From Octopus vulgaris (taxonomy: Eukaryota), in assembly GCA_951406725.2 (NCBI GenBank), contig OX597814.1, forward strand, positions 186,682,001-186,746,000: a stretch of 64,000 nucleotides of DNA, in the 5' to 3' direction. The translations under genes and the position numbers were made by a program. Of the stretch, positions 51,818-64,000 are shown one piece after another (the stretch's first letter is position 1; every line of letters begins with the position of its first letter). The notes below the pieces were generated by a model. That model did not search any database. It was not told the DNA's origin and saw only the letters and a program-made list of their open reading frames with translations.

Positions 51818-53250
51818 GCTCGCATACGCAGTTTGTATAATAGTTAAAGGAAATAAATCACTTCGTACTAATACGTCCTTAATCTTAAAGTAATATAAAC
51901 TATGCAGCATCTTACTCTGTCAATTAGTGCTTAATTAGATAACACAATTTAAAATGCTTGTGACAATCAGGTTTTGTTTAGTGAATTTAAATCACTTCAC
52001 AATATGCGCGCGTGCGTTAATAATTATTCATTAGTTCAATGGAAACTTTATGAAACAGTGCGTGTATGTGAGTGTGAGCGTGAGTGTGCGCGCGCGCTGC
52101 ATTGTTAACCCAGCTATATCTTACTAGATACATTATCCGCATAATTCCATGAATATGTGTTGTGTTGTGCGTTTCTAAATTAGCATGACTTGATATCACA
52201 TTTGATGTGGAGATATACAGCAAGTAAAGGGTCAATAACAGGTTAGAGAAGAAAACTTAAACTTCATTGACCTGTGGTGGTGTTAACCAAAGAGAGGATA
52301 TTGGAGTGACTGGAGGTGACTGACAATCTTAAGGTCAGTGCAAAGGTAATAAATAGGCTCAGATTTTCTCACCAGCTTTTTGACAAATTTGAACACGCAA
52401 ACTGTCTATTTCTACCAATGTTCCACGGGCACGACAGTTTATGTATAAAATGAACCGGCTGCTGTCTAGAAAATTTCTGCTGTCCTTTTCTAGGCCGCAA
52501 ATGTTTCATTTATATTATTGCAAATAAAGCACAGTATTTTCCAAATCATTTTTTTTTCTTTTCATTCTTCTGTTATAGTTGTATTCGCAAATTTAGAGTG
52601 ATTGACCGGTTCTTGATTTTTATCTACTCCACAGCAACCCAGGTGGGATTTGAATTCAGAATGCAAAGGTCGTCTGCAAGGAATTTTGTCCAGCGCTCTA
52701 ACGAGTGTGCCAATCCTACTCTTTTAAGATTTCACACCCGTCGAAAGGTGGTGAAAAAGTTATAAAATGACGAGATTCCATTGGAACAAAAATTCATATC
52801 AAGCGATAAAACAATTCGAAAACGTTTACGACATGCTATTGGCATTTAATTTACTGCCTATTAGACTCATCAGTGAGATGATGTATTACAATGCGACAGT
52901 AAAACCAAGTGAACAAAAGAACATTTTACCAAGCCGCCCTGACGAAAAAGTCATTAGCTAATGAACTCCTAGATACACTGTACGTGAAAACAATCAGACG
53001 AAATAGTCACGGCTGGAATGCTTTCGATTCTATCTTTCTCCAATCAAGACCTTTCAAGGCAGGTTGCAGAAATAATGTAGCCATCTAATCTTGTGGCTCT
53101 TTTGCTGAGTACATTTTCATCTTATGTGATGTAGAACCGAATATGGATAATTTTTTAATAATCTTTTGTGTTTGTAACAAATTCAGCTACAAGTTTATTG
53201 TCGAAAGAATAATGAAATAAACTGTAACAATTATATATCAGTCTATCAGT

Positions 53251-53299
<49 letters not shown>

Positions 53300-55879
53300 A
53301 TATTCATATTTTCTTTTTTGTCACAGTGTACACGCAATTTCTGGAATATTTTCATATTGTTATGTAGAAATGTCTCATCTTTGGTATGTATCAGTTAGCA
53401 AGATAATCACCACCACTCCCCTCAACATCTATGGGGGTGGGGTGTAACAAGAGATTGTCCACTAGGTAGGTATGGCTTTATACTCGTCTGGAGAAGGAAA
53501 TAAAACTGCATCAAAACAACACATGTCTAATGTGGGAGTAGGAAATTAAACGAAGTCATTTTCATAATTTAGGTTAACTTATATATAGCAATATACTCAT
53601 AACAACGTGGTCACTTCAAATATCGTAACACTGAGTAACTGTTTGTTCTATGAACTTGATGCAACTCCTTCAGCCCATCTGATTAGTAATCCCTAAAGAA
53701 TTTAAACAAAGACAAAAATTATACTTCATAACTTAAGAAACAAGCACGTGTTAAGCCGCTGATAGGAATTCTATTAGGACCTCACTTCAAAATGTGAATG
53801 CTAGTCTTCAATATAAACATTTTCTGAAATCCTACAAAATTCTTGTGCTCGGGTACTTGTTGGTACTGTCCGCCACTTCCATAAACAAATATATTTTTTG
53901 CTTGCGACTGAGGAAAAAATAATGAAGCGTAGCATCGAAATATTTAAGCACACGAAACAAAGGTTCACTAGATTTTACATCGAAGGATTATTCAGTTAAG
54001 CGTTTAGTAGAAATTATGTCGATACGATCGCTAAACTTGCCAACGATTAAAATGTTACAGTTTCACAAAAGCAGCCCTTAATTTTTTTATTTATGTTTTC
54101 ATTTGCTTATTTATTTATTGCTTTTCAGAAGGCAAACACGCAACTCTCTACGTACCAGTCGATATCTGCAAAAGTGAATGTTCTATAATGTCTAGATATG
54201 TCAATTCAAACAAATTTTTTATTTTAATTGTTTTATTTTTTTATCAATCTAAGTTTCCAAAATTAACTTAGAGAAAAACAACTTAACACTTTGGATAATA
54301 TTAAAAGAAGTCGACTAAAAAAAAATAAAATAAAATAAAATATTTTACTTCAAAGAGTCATGACGTTTGTAAAACAACTTTGAATAGATTATAAACATGT
54401 GTTGAGGAAGAGTTTACAGCGTATTAGAATAGATTTTCGTCAAACGGATAGACTGCTTATTCACTTTCCTGACATAAGGCAAGTTGTTAACTCTACAATT
54501 CTTTTCTCAGAGGATCGTTTTAAGAGCTTTACCTAAAGAAACAATGTTCACACAAGCATGTACATATACTCAGATGGGATCAATCATCAGCAGAAAGACG
54601 AGTAAACAATGTAAAAGCACAATGGCTGTTCATCTTTTTGCACTTATGTATGGTTACATAGGCAAACATATACATACACTCAAACACAGAAATATATTTA
54701 CAAGCCCAAGGGTATTAACAATGTAATAAAAAAAATCCTTATCTTCTGAAAAAAGGTGCTAGTGTAATGCAAATAACTCTTCCATGGGCAACATAATTAA
54801 TGTCCAGCAACAAGACGAAGCCTAGCCCATGGCAATATATGTATGTATGTGTGTATGTATGCATGTATGTATGTATGTACGTACGTATAAATACACGCTT
54901 ACCACAAAAGACAAACTGTGAGATCTAGCATTTTGTAGATTACTATAGAAGGAAGGGAGACTTTAATTGCGTGTTCATATGTAAGGAATTTATAGGACAA
55001 ATTGCTTCTTTGAATATTGTAGCTATTCTGGTTCAGTGCTCACGAATGGGACTAGGTTTTGTATCCATAGGAAGATGTTTTCGTGGTCACCCTTCTAAGT
55101 AACAAGCATGATGCGAATTGTATGTGGATGATAATTATCTCCAGAGAATTTACGAATGGGGAAAGATAATAACATCTGTATGCAGTAGCTTTTAAGAGAT
55201 AACTTTACAACTAATTATCGAATTTTTCTAAAGCAGGTATTTTACTTTATACTTCATGGTAGAACAGATAAAGCGTCTATTGACAATTTGTAAAGGAAAC
55301 TGTAAAAAACTTTTTCTCTAGTCAACAAAGAATTTAAATGGAAGATAACATAGGTGTAAGAGAAAGTATTTTTGATACTGATTAAAAAAGTGCTCGGTGT
55401 TTCAGTACTATGTACAAGTTTGGAAGGTGATGCAACATAGAATCTGCTTTGCATGTTCAAGTAGACTACATGATTGATTGAATGAAGAGATCAATGCCTC
55501 CGTTTCATGGGTATGATTAAACAACACCCTTGATACGGAGAGAACAAAGTGGTCATCATAGCAGCTACTATATTTGTCGCGTTAACATATTTGGGATTTT
55601 CACAAAAACAAAAACAAAAAAAAAAAATGGACAATATTTGTCTATCTAAACCCATTTGAAGACCATACCAGATCTGTCCAACATGATGAAACTCTAAAAG
55701 GCGGATTGGCTTCCATAAATAATGAAATAGCTATGTAAGTGTGCAGTTGGTGGAGGCGCTGGACCTTCTACGGATCCTGAATACATTACTGAAAAAAAAA
55801 ATGTGTTACATAATTTTTGTAGTATAAATTTCTGGTAGAACTACTTTAATGGGCTCCCAAATTTATCGCAACAAAGTGG

Positions 55880-56700
55880 GTATAAAAAAATGGGTTGTCA
55901 CATGTCTAAAAAATACACTTCCTACTGTAGCCAACACTGTTCTGGAGTGGGGAGACAAAACTCCTCGACTTTTTGGTGCTCTGCCTTTTTGTCAGCCCCT
56001 GATGCCTCTGGAGCAAGCAAACAAGATGATTTCTTTCGCTCTGGCTACCCTTGTATTTACAGCCGATGGTGAAGCGGCAACTAGGATTTTCATGTCAAGG
56101 CTTTTCGTTTCTGTAACTGCCTATTTGTCCGCTTCCCTCTTTTCTCTTCTGTTTTTATTCCTCTTCTGAGTAGAAGACCTCAAATGGCATTTTAACATGT
56201 ATAAGACCTAGGCCTTCTTCCTTGCACCACCAATCTACGCAATACAACTCCAGAATGGCCTTCTGATCTTCGAAGGTTATCAGGATTTCCATGTTTACGC
56301 AAATCATACGCGACCATAAGTTGTTGCGAGTAATTATCGCGATCGTCATTTGTCCGTGCTGCGCCATAAACGTGACGACGTGCCAATGGTTAACATCCAT
56401 ACCAATATATCAGACTATAGCCTTGAGTTTTGTCTCCCCGTGGATTGTATGACCAGCTTGTAGACAGGTAGGTAATCGGCGTACCTGTTTCGCCTGTTTT
56501 TTTGCCTCATCGTCAATCTTCAAGACCAAACAAATACTTCCATAACACCCTACTTAGATTGATGGAAACAAGCATCGTATCATATACAGGCTAGAATTTC
56601 TTTTAACTGTACACGCGAGAGCATATGAAAGCTCCTTCCAACTGTTTTTTTTTTTTTTTATAGTCATAGATATGTCACTTTCCTTTTGTTCTTTCTGCGA
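55880..56700 (-). pseudogene. Degenerate L1/Tx1-type ORF1 (gag-like) remnant
   Basis: Frameshifted peptides include LVVQGRRPRSYTC (cf. V.V.GR.P.C..C before a CCHC knuckle), followed by Lys/Glu-rich low-complexity sequence. L1/Tx1 ORF2 remnants lie nearby. Confidence 0.5.
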
Positions 56701-58059
56701 GGAATTCCTCGGGAATTGAGGTACTGGCATTTGTAACATACCTCCCGCGCTATTCCCCCTCCCCCGAGAACTGAGCCACGCCTCCGTCTACTTTACAACG
56801 CTTTAAAACTTTGTGTTGCTTAGGCTTTCGCTACTTACGTTTGTTAAGACGTGAAAGCATTCCTGTCAATTTTCAATTTATCCCTATTTTTGAATTGACG
56901 TTTCACAGTTTAAAAAACTTTTTTGAGAGTATATTCGCTGCTACCATATTTATGGCTAACACCTATTCTCGATCCTCTCGAGGAAACCATATTAAATCAC
57001 GAGTAAACAGTGTTTACAATTATGAAATATAAAAAATATCCAAGGACAAACCGTATTTACCACCTTAAGATAATAACAAACTTCTTTTCCATTTAATTAA
57101 ACGTAGTAAAGTGAAATCTTCCCCTAAGCTATGTTAAAGACGCCTGCACAGCGCCAAGAACCGCAATAACAAAAATTATAATAATTCAGTTCAGGATAAA
57201 ATTTCCAAAATGATATATGTAAATCTGTCAAATAATGTTCTTGAGAAAAGTTAACAACTGCTTTCAGGTTAGTAGAACAGATAAGAAATAACAAGCTAAC
57301 CATATTGGTAAGTATACGATGCAAAAGGGGGAATTTTATCCGCCATGTTATGAGAACATAACTATATGCATATTTTATTCCAGCTCTTTCTCGACTATGT
57401 TGATATTAAATATATATATACGCATATATATATAATCCAAATAAGACAAAAAAAAAAGATTTTAACACATCCTTAATGATCAGTTACAACTGTTTACATA
57501 CCAACTCTGTTTTCAACGTCAGTTCCTAGTGAAAATTTACGTAATATTTGCAGTTTTAAACGTAAGAGTGGCACTTCTTCAGACCTGGATCAAAGGTGCG
57601 CTCTTACATTATGCTCCTGCCAGACTTTGTGTTTTGTTGATATCAGGAGGAAGCAAAAAGTTTATAAAGATGAAAATGTAAAGAGACTATATAGAGAGGG
57701 CAAGTAAAGTATCACTAGCAAAATAGATTTAAAAAATATAGTTATGGGATGAAGAAGTAGTAGAAGAGGAAGAAGAGAGAGAGATGAAGATCAAGGAGGA
57801 GGAAGAAGAGAACAAGAATAGGAGTAGAGGGAGAAGAATAAAGGAATAAAGAGAAAAAGAAAACGAATAATTGGAAAGAAGAGGGGTGATCTGAACAATA
57901 ACGAGTGATCTCCACAATTGCCAGTAGTAAATTACAATGGACAAGTGAAAAGTGATTTTGGTGTAGAACCGTAAATATCTAGCGATAAAATAAAGGAAAT
58001 AACAAAGAGAAAAGGAAGGCTGATGGTAAAAACAATAAAAACGACTGCAACAATAATAA

Positions 58060-59530
58060 TATTCTCTTTATTAATCACTAAAAGCTCACAAAAATATTGG
58101 AGATGGTGCAGTACAATACAATGTAGGGTTACATAAAAAGCGTGTAAAAAATAAAATATCAAATTATAACAATGAACAATTCCCCAAAGGAAGGAGACTT
58201 CTTAGGGCTGAGACCCTCACAAAAACCATGGTCGTCCTGACCACAAGGCCAAGTACCCTTTTCACATTGTCCTTCTTCAACTTATAGGGGTTATGCTTAG
58301 GGTAAGCCCGTTCATTCGAACCATTCTTGCAACATTTACTCGCCTTTTAACAAATTTACTGGGAGGCTGCACTTCCCTCTTCACCTTCACTTTCCTTTTC
58401 TAGTGAAACTTAAAAAAGTTGATGAGGGCTTGGCTAAAGAGGAGAGTATCTGTTTTCAGCCCTTTCAATCTGGTCCCCCACACAACCTCTTTCGATAAGG
58501 CCACTAGACAAAGAAACATTGCCTGTCCTTCCTGGCCAAATGAAGGCGGGGGAGATCTTCACGATGGACTCAGCTGATAGCCGTATCCGTCCTACACGCG
58601 ACAGTAGGTGTTCGACATAAACCTACAAGTCAGTAATGCTCGGGTACTGGATGAGAACGTGCAGAACAGTTTTGCCGATCTGTCCGCACCTCAAGCAAAC
58701 CCGGCTGACGGCACTTCCATACCTATATAGTTTATCCCGAACCGGCAATGCCACCCCGCCCTCGTAGCACCACCAGACCAGGGATTTCAGGAAATTATCC
58801 ATGAGCCCAGGCCCAAAAGTCGTTCGGAATAGACCAACCAACTCATTCTCACCGATGCCTAGAGTCCCCCTAAGAACGTCGTCGTACTTGCTCACCACTA
58901 ACCTGCTATAGAACGCCTGAGTGGAACTTCCACTGACCGCATTGCCCGACTGACAGAGGACTGTGAGTACCTAACAACAGCCTAGGTGCCAGGCGCTCTG
59001 CCTCGGTCTACGCTTGACCCAGGATAGCAGCTCAGACAAAGAGACGAGCTGTGGAAAATTGTGTCTGACAAACGTCGAACAAACCTGCTCACAGTCTAGG
59101 AAGCACTGGAGATGACGCAGCCTCGGCGCATCAGCAGCCACGGTATGCCTAGCCCTTCCTTTAAGGTGGCGAGCTGGTAGAAACGTTAGCACGCCGGGCG
59201 AAATGCTTAGCGGTATTTCGTCTGCCGTTACGTTCTGAGTTCAAATTCCGCCGAAGTCGACTTTGCCTTTCATCCTTTCGGGGTCGATTAAATAAGTACC
59301 AGTTACGCACTGGGGTCGATGTAATCGACTTAATCCGTTTGTCTGTCCTTGTTTGTCCCCTCTGTGTTTAGCCCCTTGTGGATGGTAAAGAAATAGGTAT
59401 ACCTAGCCCTTCCATTCAGCGAGTGTTGACAGCAAATGGAGCACCTGACCAGTGGAACGCGTCTCTCCCACAGAAAGAGGAAGAGTACGTGTTCCAATTT
59501 GGTCAGACGTAAACTGGGATAAGGCACGAC
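58060..59530 (-). mobile_element. L1/Tx1-type LINE, 3' portion, interrupted by a SINE
   Basis: LPVRDKL...CLRCGQ..KTVLHVL zinc-knuckle region (ORF 58623-58898); LF.FLW....PLV motif; homology to 14020-15045. Confidence 0.85.
59163..59395 (+). mobile_element. Young full-length SINE family A inserted in the LINE
   Basis: 18-bp TSD GGTAT(G/A)CCTAGCCCTTCC at 59142-59159 and 59396-59413. Confidence 0.93.
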
Positions 59531-59689
59531 GGTCAGTGGAATACGAATATTCGTTAATGATGATGGTGACTAAAGGAAAGTAGCGTTGTGAGTGGTGGAG
59601 GAAGAATGATGAACATAGGCAATAAACCACATGGGTAAATTGGAAGGGATGATGAAGCTAACCAGAACTATTCCTGGTGACCCCAGAAT

Positions 59690-60150
59690 CTGACATGTCA
59701 ACGCTTAAAGGGAAAATAGTTAATAGGCGCGGTGCAGACCCAATGAGTTAAAGCAAAAACCTAAAATAACGGAAGAAACTAAAGTGCGGTATAAACTATT
59801 TAATATGTTAGTGTTGAGCGAACAAAGAGCTGATAATGACATAGAGTAAATTAAAATTAGAATTAAAACAACCCTAGGAACACTAGTATAGAGCCAAGGG
59901 AGAACAGTAGAAATTAGGAGTAAAGAGTAAATACTTATTACTTGGTTAGTTATAAAGATATTAAAAATCACTGTAAAGAGAACGGTAGGAATAAGGAATG
60001 GGAAGTAGAGAGTGAACTTTTAATACGTAGCTATATATATAGGAATAGATATTAGAAAATCCTGAATTGGAGAAGTACAGATTACGGTAGGTTATGGTGA
60101 ATGGAGTGAAACTGTTGGATATAGTCAAATTGATTCGCAAAATATGCATT
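59690..60150 (-). pseudogene. Possible old L2/CR1/jockey-group RT C-terminal remnant
   Basis: STVLPW (cf. D..L.W) and ILNSLYRTLVSS (cf. LY..LV.S.L.Y) occur in the right order; weak match. Confidence 0.3.
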
Positions 60151-61359
60151 TTATAAAAGGAAGTAACAAATCTGAAAATCGGCTATAATAATGTAGTTTT
60201 CCAGTCTTATATCTATGAAGGTATGATGTTGTGGAGAAAAAATTGAATGAAAAAGTCACAGAGGTTTAAAAATCGAAAAAAACTGTATTTTTAGCCAATA
60301 GCCAAGCAGAAATTTTCTGTGTCTAGCGGAGCGGTGTCAACTTTAAGGGTGCACCCTGTGAATGTGAAATTTATAGTTTAGCGTCTGCGAAATGACCTGT
60401 TCATTGTAGGTTTCTAAATAAACAAATGCCTAATAAAATCAACATGTATCATCTTACTGTTTCTTTTGTCTCATCATTGAATCTGTTTTTTTTTTTATTT
60501 GTTATATTAATATATTTGTCTGCATGTGTTACTTTATTCGTATTTCAGTATTATGTACACCTGTCATGTATTTGTGTAATCATTAATATATATGTGCGCG
60601 TGTATGTGTGAAGGGGGCATCTGTCTCCATAACTTCAAAGTTGAGTAACGTTTTCATACTTGGATTTGTAAACTAAGATAAGAATAACACTGGTCAACAA
60701 AGAATTTGTCCCAAGAAAAAGAATGCCTGTATCTTATATGTTTTTGCATGCAGAATTCAAAAATAGTGTCACGTTATCTGTATCACTCACAGTTTTTCTG
60801 TTCCACGATATCCTTCTGAGTTCCTGTTACATAGGCTAAATTTCAGTCTAGCTGTTGAAATGTGAAGTTAACTGTTTAAGAAATACTCCCAATTTAAATG
60901 TTTATGAATAGAATTAACCTAATAAAATCCAGCTATCTGAGTCAATGAGTCCCTGAAGCTTGGTAATACTGAATCGATAAGTTATTGATGTTTTGTCAGT
61001 ACTGTGCTAAGTTCCTATATTCCATTCACTTGCATAATGCCAAGAAACTGTATAAGCATCGCAAACAACTTTTGCTATATATGAAAAATATGTAAAATAT
61101 TAAGACAATTGACGAAAAATATCTCTAATAAAATTCTATTTAATAAATATAAATTTTTATCAAAACAAAATACGTGGGTGAAGTAAATCTCGTGGTGTGA
61201 AGAATCAACACAACATACGGGTGAAGTGAAACAGGCAATACTTTATTTTTTTAAATCATGTTCAAGTGAATACCATTACAAGATTGGGAGGGGGGGCGTA
61301 TATTAAAAAAATATTTTTTTAAGCGAAAATACGGTAAATATTTCGTAAAAAACCCGTTC

Positions 61360-61680
61360 CTAACCTCCGACCATGGGTTACCGAGATACGCGGTTGTTTC
61401 GGGTACCTTTATAAATAACCAAACCGGCGTATAATGGGGGGGAAATGCTTAGAAAGTAAGGTACCATTGAAATGTGAATACACACGGAATAACAGATGTT
61501 TCGTGTAAATCGGACCACGGATTTCCGAGATACGCGGTTTTTTCGGGTACCTTGATCCTGCCTAGCCTTAATGTATGTATGTATGTATGTAGGTAGGTAG
61601 GTAGGTAGGTAGGTAGGTAGGTAGGTAGGCAGGCAGGCAGACAGACAGACAGAAAGATTTTAAACATCTTTTTTATAGAT
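61360..61680 (+). mobile_element. Probable Helitron/Helentron-type non-autonomous element end
   Basis: Internal direct repeat CCGAGATACGCGGTT.TTTCGGGTACCTT (61381 and 61526), AAATCGG motif, tetranucleotide ladder ending (CAGA)n and a TTTTATAGAT terminus. Similar weaker ends at about 11170-11290 and 16700-16810. Confidence 0.45.
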
Positions 61681-62272
61681 TTATAAAAATTAAAGTTTCG
61701 CTGGTGATTGGCTTCGTCAGACGAAACCAACCAATCTCTTCCCAGTAAAAGTAAATTTAATGCTCTACTTAAGTATACTGTACAATGTTTCTTTTAGTTG
61801 ATGTTTGTTTTATGATTTTACATAAAACACAAACACCTATACATACATACATATTTTCATGCATACATTCATTAATTTGTTGTGCAGCTGTATGGCAAAG
61901 GAGAAACTCGTCTTACTATGAATCACCATTTTGTTTCATTAATGAAATGAAAGGAATAAAATATATTATCTTCGTGCATTTATTTGATAGAACTTTCTTT
62001 TAATTTTACTTTTAATCGAGTGTGTGTGTGTGCGCGCTCTTGTAGAATAATCCAGACTTTAGTAAACCTGATGTTGCTTTTGAGAAAAGTTCCCAGGAAC
62101 AGTATAAAGATAAATTACGCCCTTTTTTTTTTATTTGCCAAAGCAGTGTTATATATATATATTTTCTTGTTACCATAAAACTGAAAAACGCTTCGATTAC
62201 ATTTTGTAAAGTGGTCCCTACTTTGGAATCAAGGGAATTCTATGAGAGTGAAAGTCAGCTCATTTATATAAA

Positions 62273-62380
62273 TGCGTATTGATGAAGCGTCGTATTTGAT
62301 AGACTACATTTTTATGCGTATTTGATAGACTGCATTTTTATCAACATATACTACATATGCGTATTTGATAGACTACATTT
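62273..62380 (+). repeat. Imperfect short direct repeats
   Basis: CGTATTTGATAGACTRCATTT at 62291, 62317 and 62360, plus a partial copy at 62273. Confidence 0.85.
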
Positions 62381-63081
62381 ATCTCCTCAGAATGATTTCT
62401 TTTCACTAGAAATGTAAACGTTACAGAAAATAATTTTTATCAAAGATCAGTATATTCTCGCTCGCACTATGCATGGCAATGGGTGTAATAACTAAGAAAG
62501 TTCCAGGGAAACTTATTTGCTTTCATCTCATGTTTGCTAGAATCAAAATAGATTGCACCCATATAATTTCGCTAGCATCAAACTGTTATAACAGTTTGGA
62601 TACAACCTTTGGCTTTGGAATGCAGATGATTGAAAATTTATATCCCTTTTTTTTTTTTTTTTTTTTTTTCATTAATATAATTTTACATTGTAGTTGTTCT
62701 TTAACATAGACACGTTTTGTGGAGATCATTTAACACGTTCATTATTTGTGTTAGCGCAAAATGCTGCTAAGGATGCAACATCTACTCTGTGGAGTCATGT
62801 TCTACAGTCTCCAAGTTATCTCGTGTAATTGGACGGTGGTTTTGTTTTCCTATTTTCTATGAATCGAAACGTCTGGACAAAAATGTCATCTCCTAAATGA
62901 TTGTCACAGGTCAAGATTTGAAGTTAGGCAGATTAGACTCGCAAAATGATTACTATGTGACATGGTAAAGGGATATAATTACTTAAGGTACTTGAAACTA
63001 CCAATCTGCTCCTTCAAATGTAGCTACAGAAATTTATACACAGACAGAGAAATATATTGGTGGTTAAAATAAAGAAACCCT

Positions 63082-63082
<1 letters not shown>

Positions 63083-63155
<73 letters not shown>
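63083..63155. repeat. (CT)n(CA)n microsatellite
   Basis: Direct reading. Confidence 0.95.
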
Positions 63156-64000
63156 CAGATGCTCTCAGAATCACCTAAAAAAGGCATCAATTTCATATGT
63201 AGCACTGGCAGTATACTTTGCACGCCTGGCTGAAGCTCAACTTCCTGAGACAGTCATTTATTTCGAACTATAAACTGGGTCCCGAATACATGGAAATCAA
63301 AAATAGAGATACACACTGAAACGATGCAAGACACCTCAGACCTATCTTAAGAAACTGGCAAAAACTTGCATTGGCAGGCGCTCAACCACAATCTTACGAT
63401 CATGAGTGCAAAACCTTAACTACTAAGCCATGTTATTTCTCCCTCCCTCTCTCTCTCTATATATATATAGAGAGAGAGAGAGACAGATAGAGAAAGATAG
63501 GGAGAGAGAGAAACAGATAGAGAAAGAGAGATAGGCAGACAGACAGAGAGGTATAAGCATGGAAGTATAAGTAGTTTCATTCAAATATTATTTAAATAAC
63601 AATGCATTGGGAATGCTTCAGAGCCCAGCACAGTTCTGTTTGCGACTGAAGGCATGGGCAATAGGATTAATTTCTAATAAAGTAATGGGGTTGTTTCACT
63701 TAGCAAGCGTTTCTGATTACAATTAAAATACACTCTTGTTCTTGTGCGTGAACACCCCTAAAGTGCTTGCAAAAAGCAAGACAAGCCGAAATTTCGAAAA
63801 TATATTTTCATGAAACATTAGACATTAATCAAATGTCCCTCTAATGAAGGCAATTTTAAGGAAATATTGGGATTAAAGTAATAGCTTCCTCTTGCCACGA
63901 AACATATTTGGAACCAGATTATGTCGCCTTGTAATCATTAAAAGAAGGTGCTTTTTATTAAATGGAAGTAGTTTCGTAAAAATGCTTGATATGATTGATG

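Noticed and set aside
55849-56169. 106-aa plus-strand membrane-protein-like ORF
   Set aside because: Non-descript peptide antisense to the probable LINE ORF1 remnant; its hydrophobic tail is the complement of a purine-rich tract.
62273-62380. Mini CRISPR array
   Set aside because: Spacers are too short and unequal and derive from the repeat itself.

Overview
AT-rich, repeat-dense eukaryotic (animal) DNA. The SINE families and long compound microsatellites resemble those of octopus/coleoid cephalopod genomes (inference from recalled repeat families, not a database search). No intact host protein-coding gene is supported; the longer ORFs are transposon debris or microsatellite translations. 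Recognisable content: two tRNA-derived SINE families (one with a Deu/Nin-like core, one with a CORE-like box), a third ~200-bp dispersed repeat, LINE fragments (RTE, CR1, L1/Tx1, probable Penelope RT), DNA transposons (mariner, Tc1, hAT-Charlie/Buster-type, a 432-bp MITE with 8-bp TSD and internal TTAGGG repeats), several nested insertions with TSDs, two near-perfect palindromes and a 27-bp minisatellite. The most notable signals are (i) several short repeats carrying a minimal type I hammerhead-ribozyme fold, including one chimera of a tRNA-like Pol III head, an (AAT)n tract and a hammerhead tail, and (ii) a CpG-depleted domain at about 22.5-50 kb that suggests a methylated transcribed region with candidate small exons but no long ORF.
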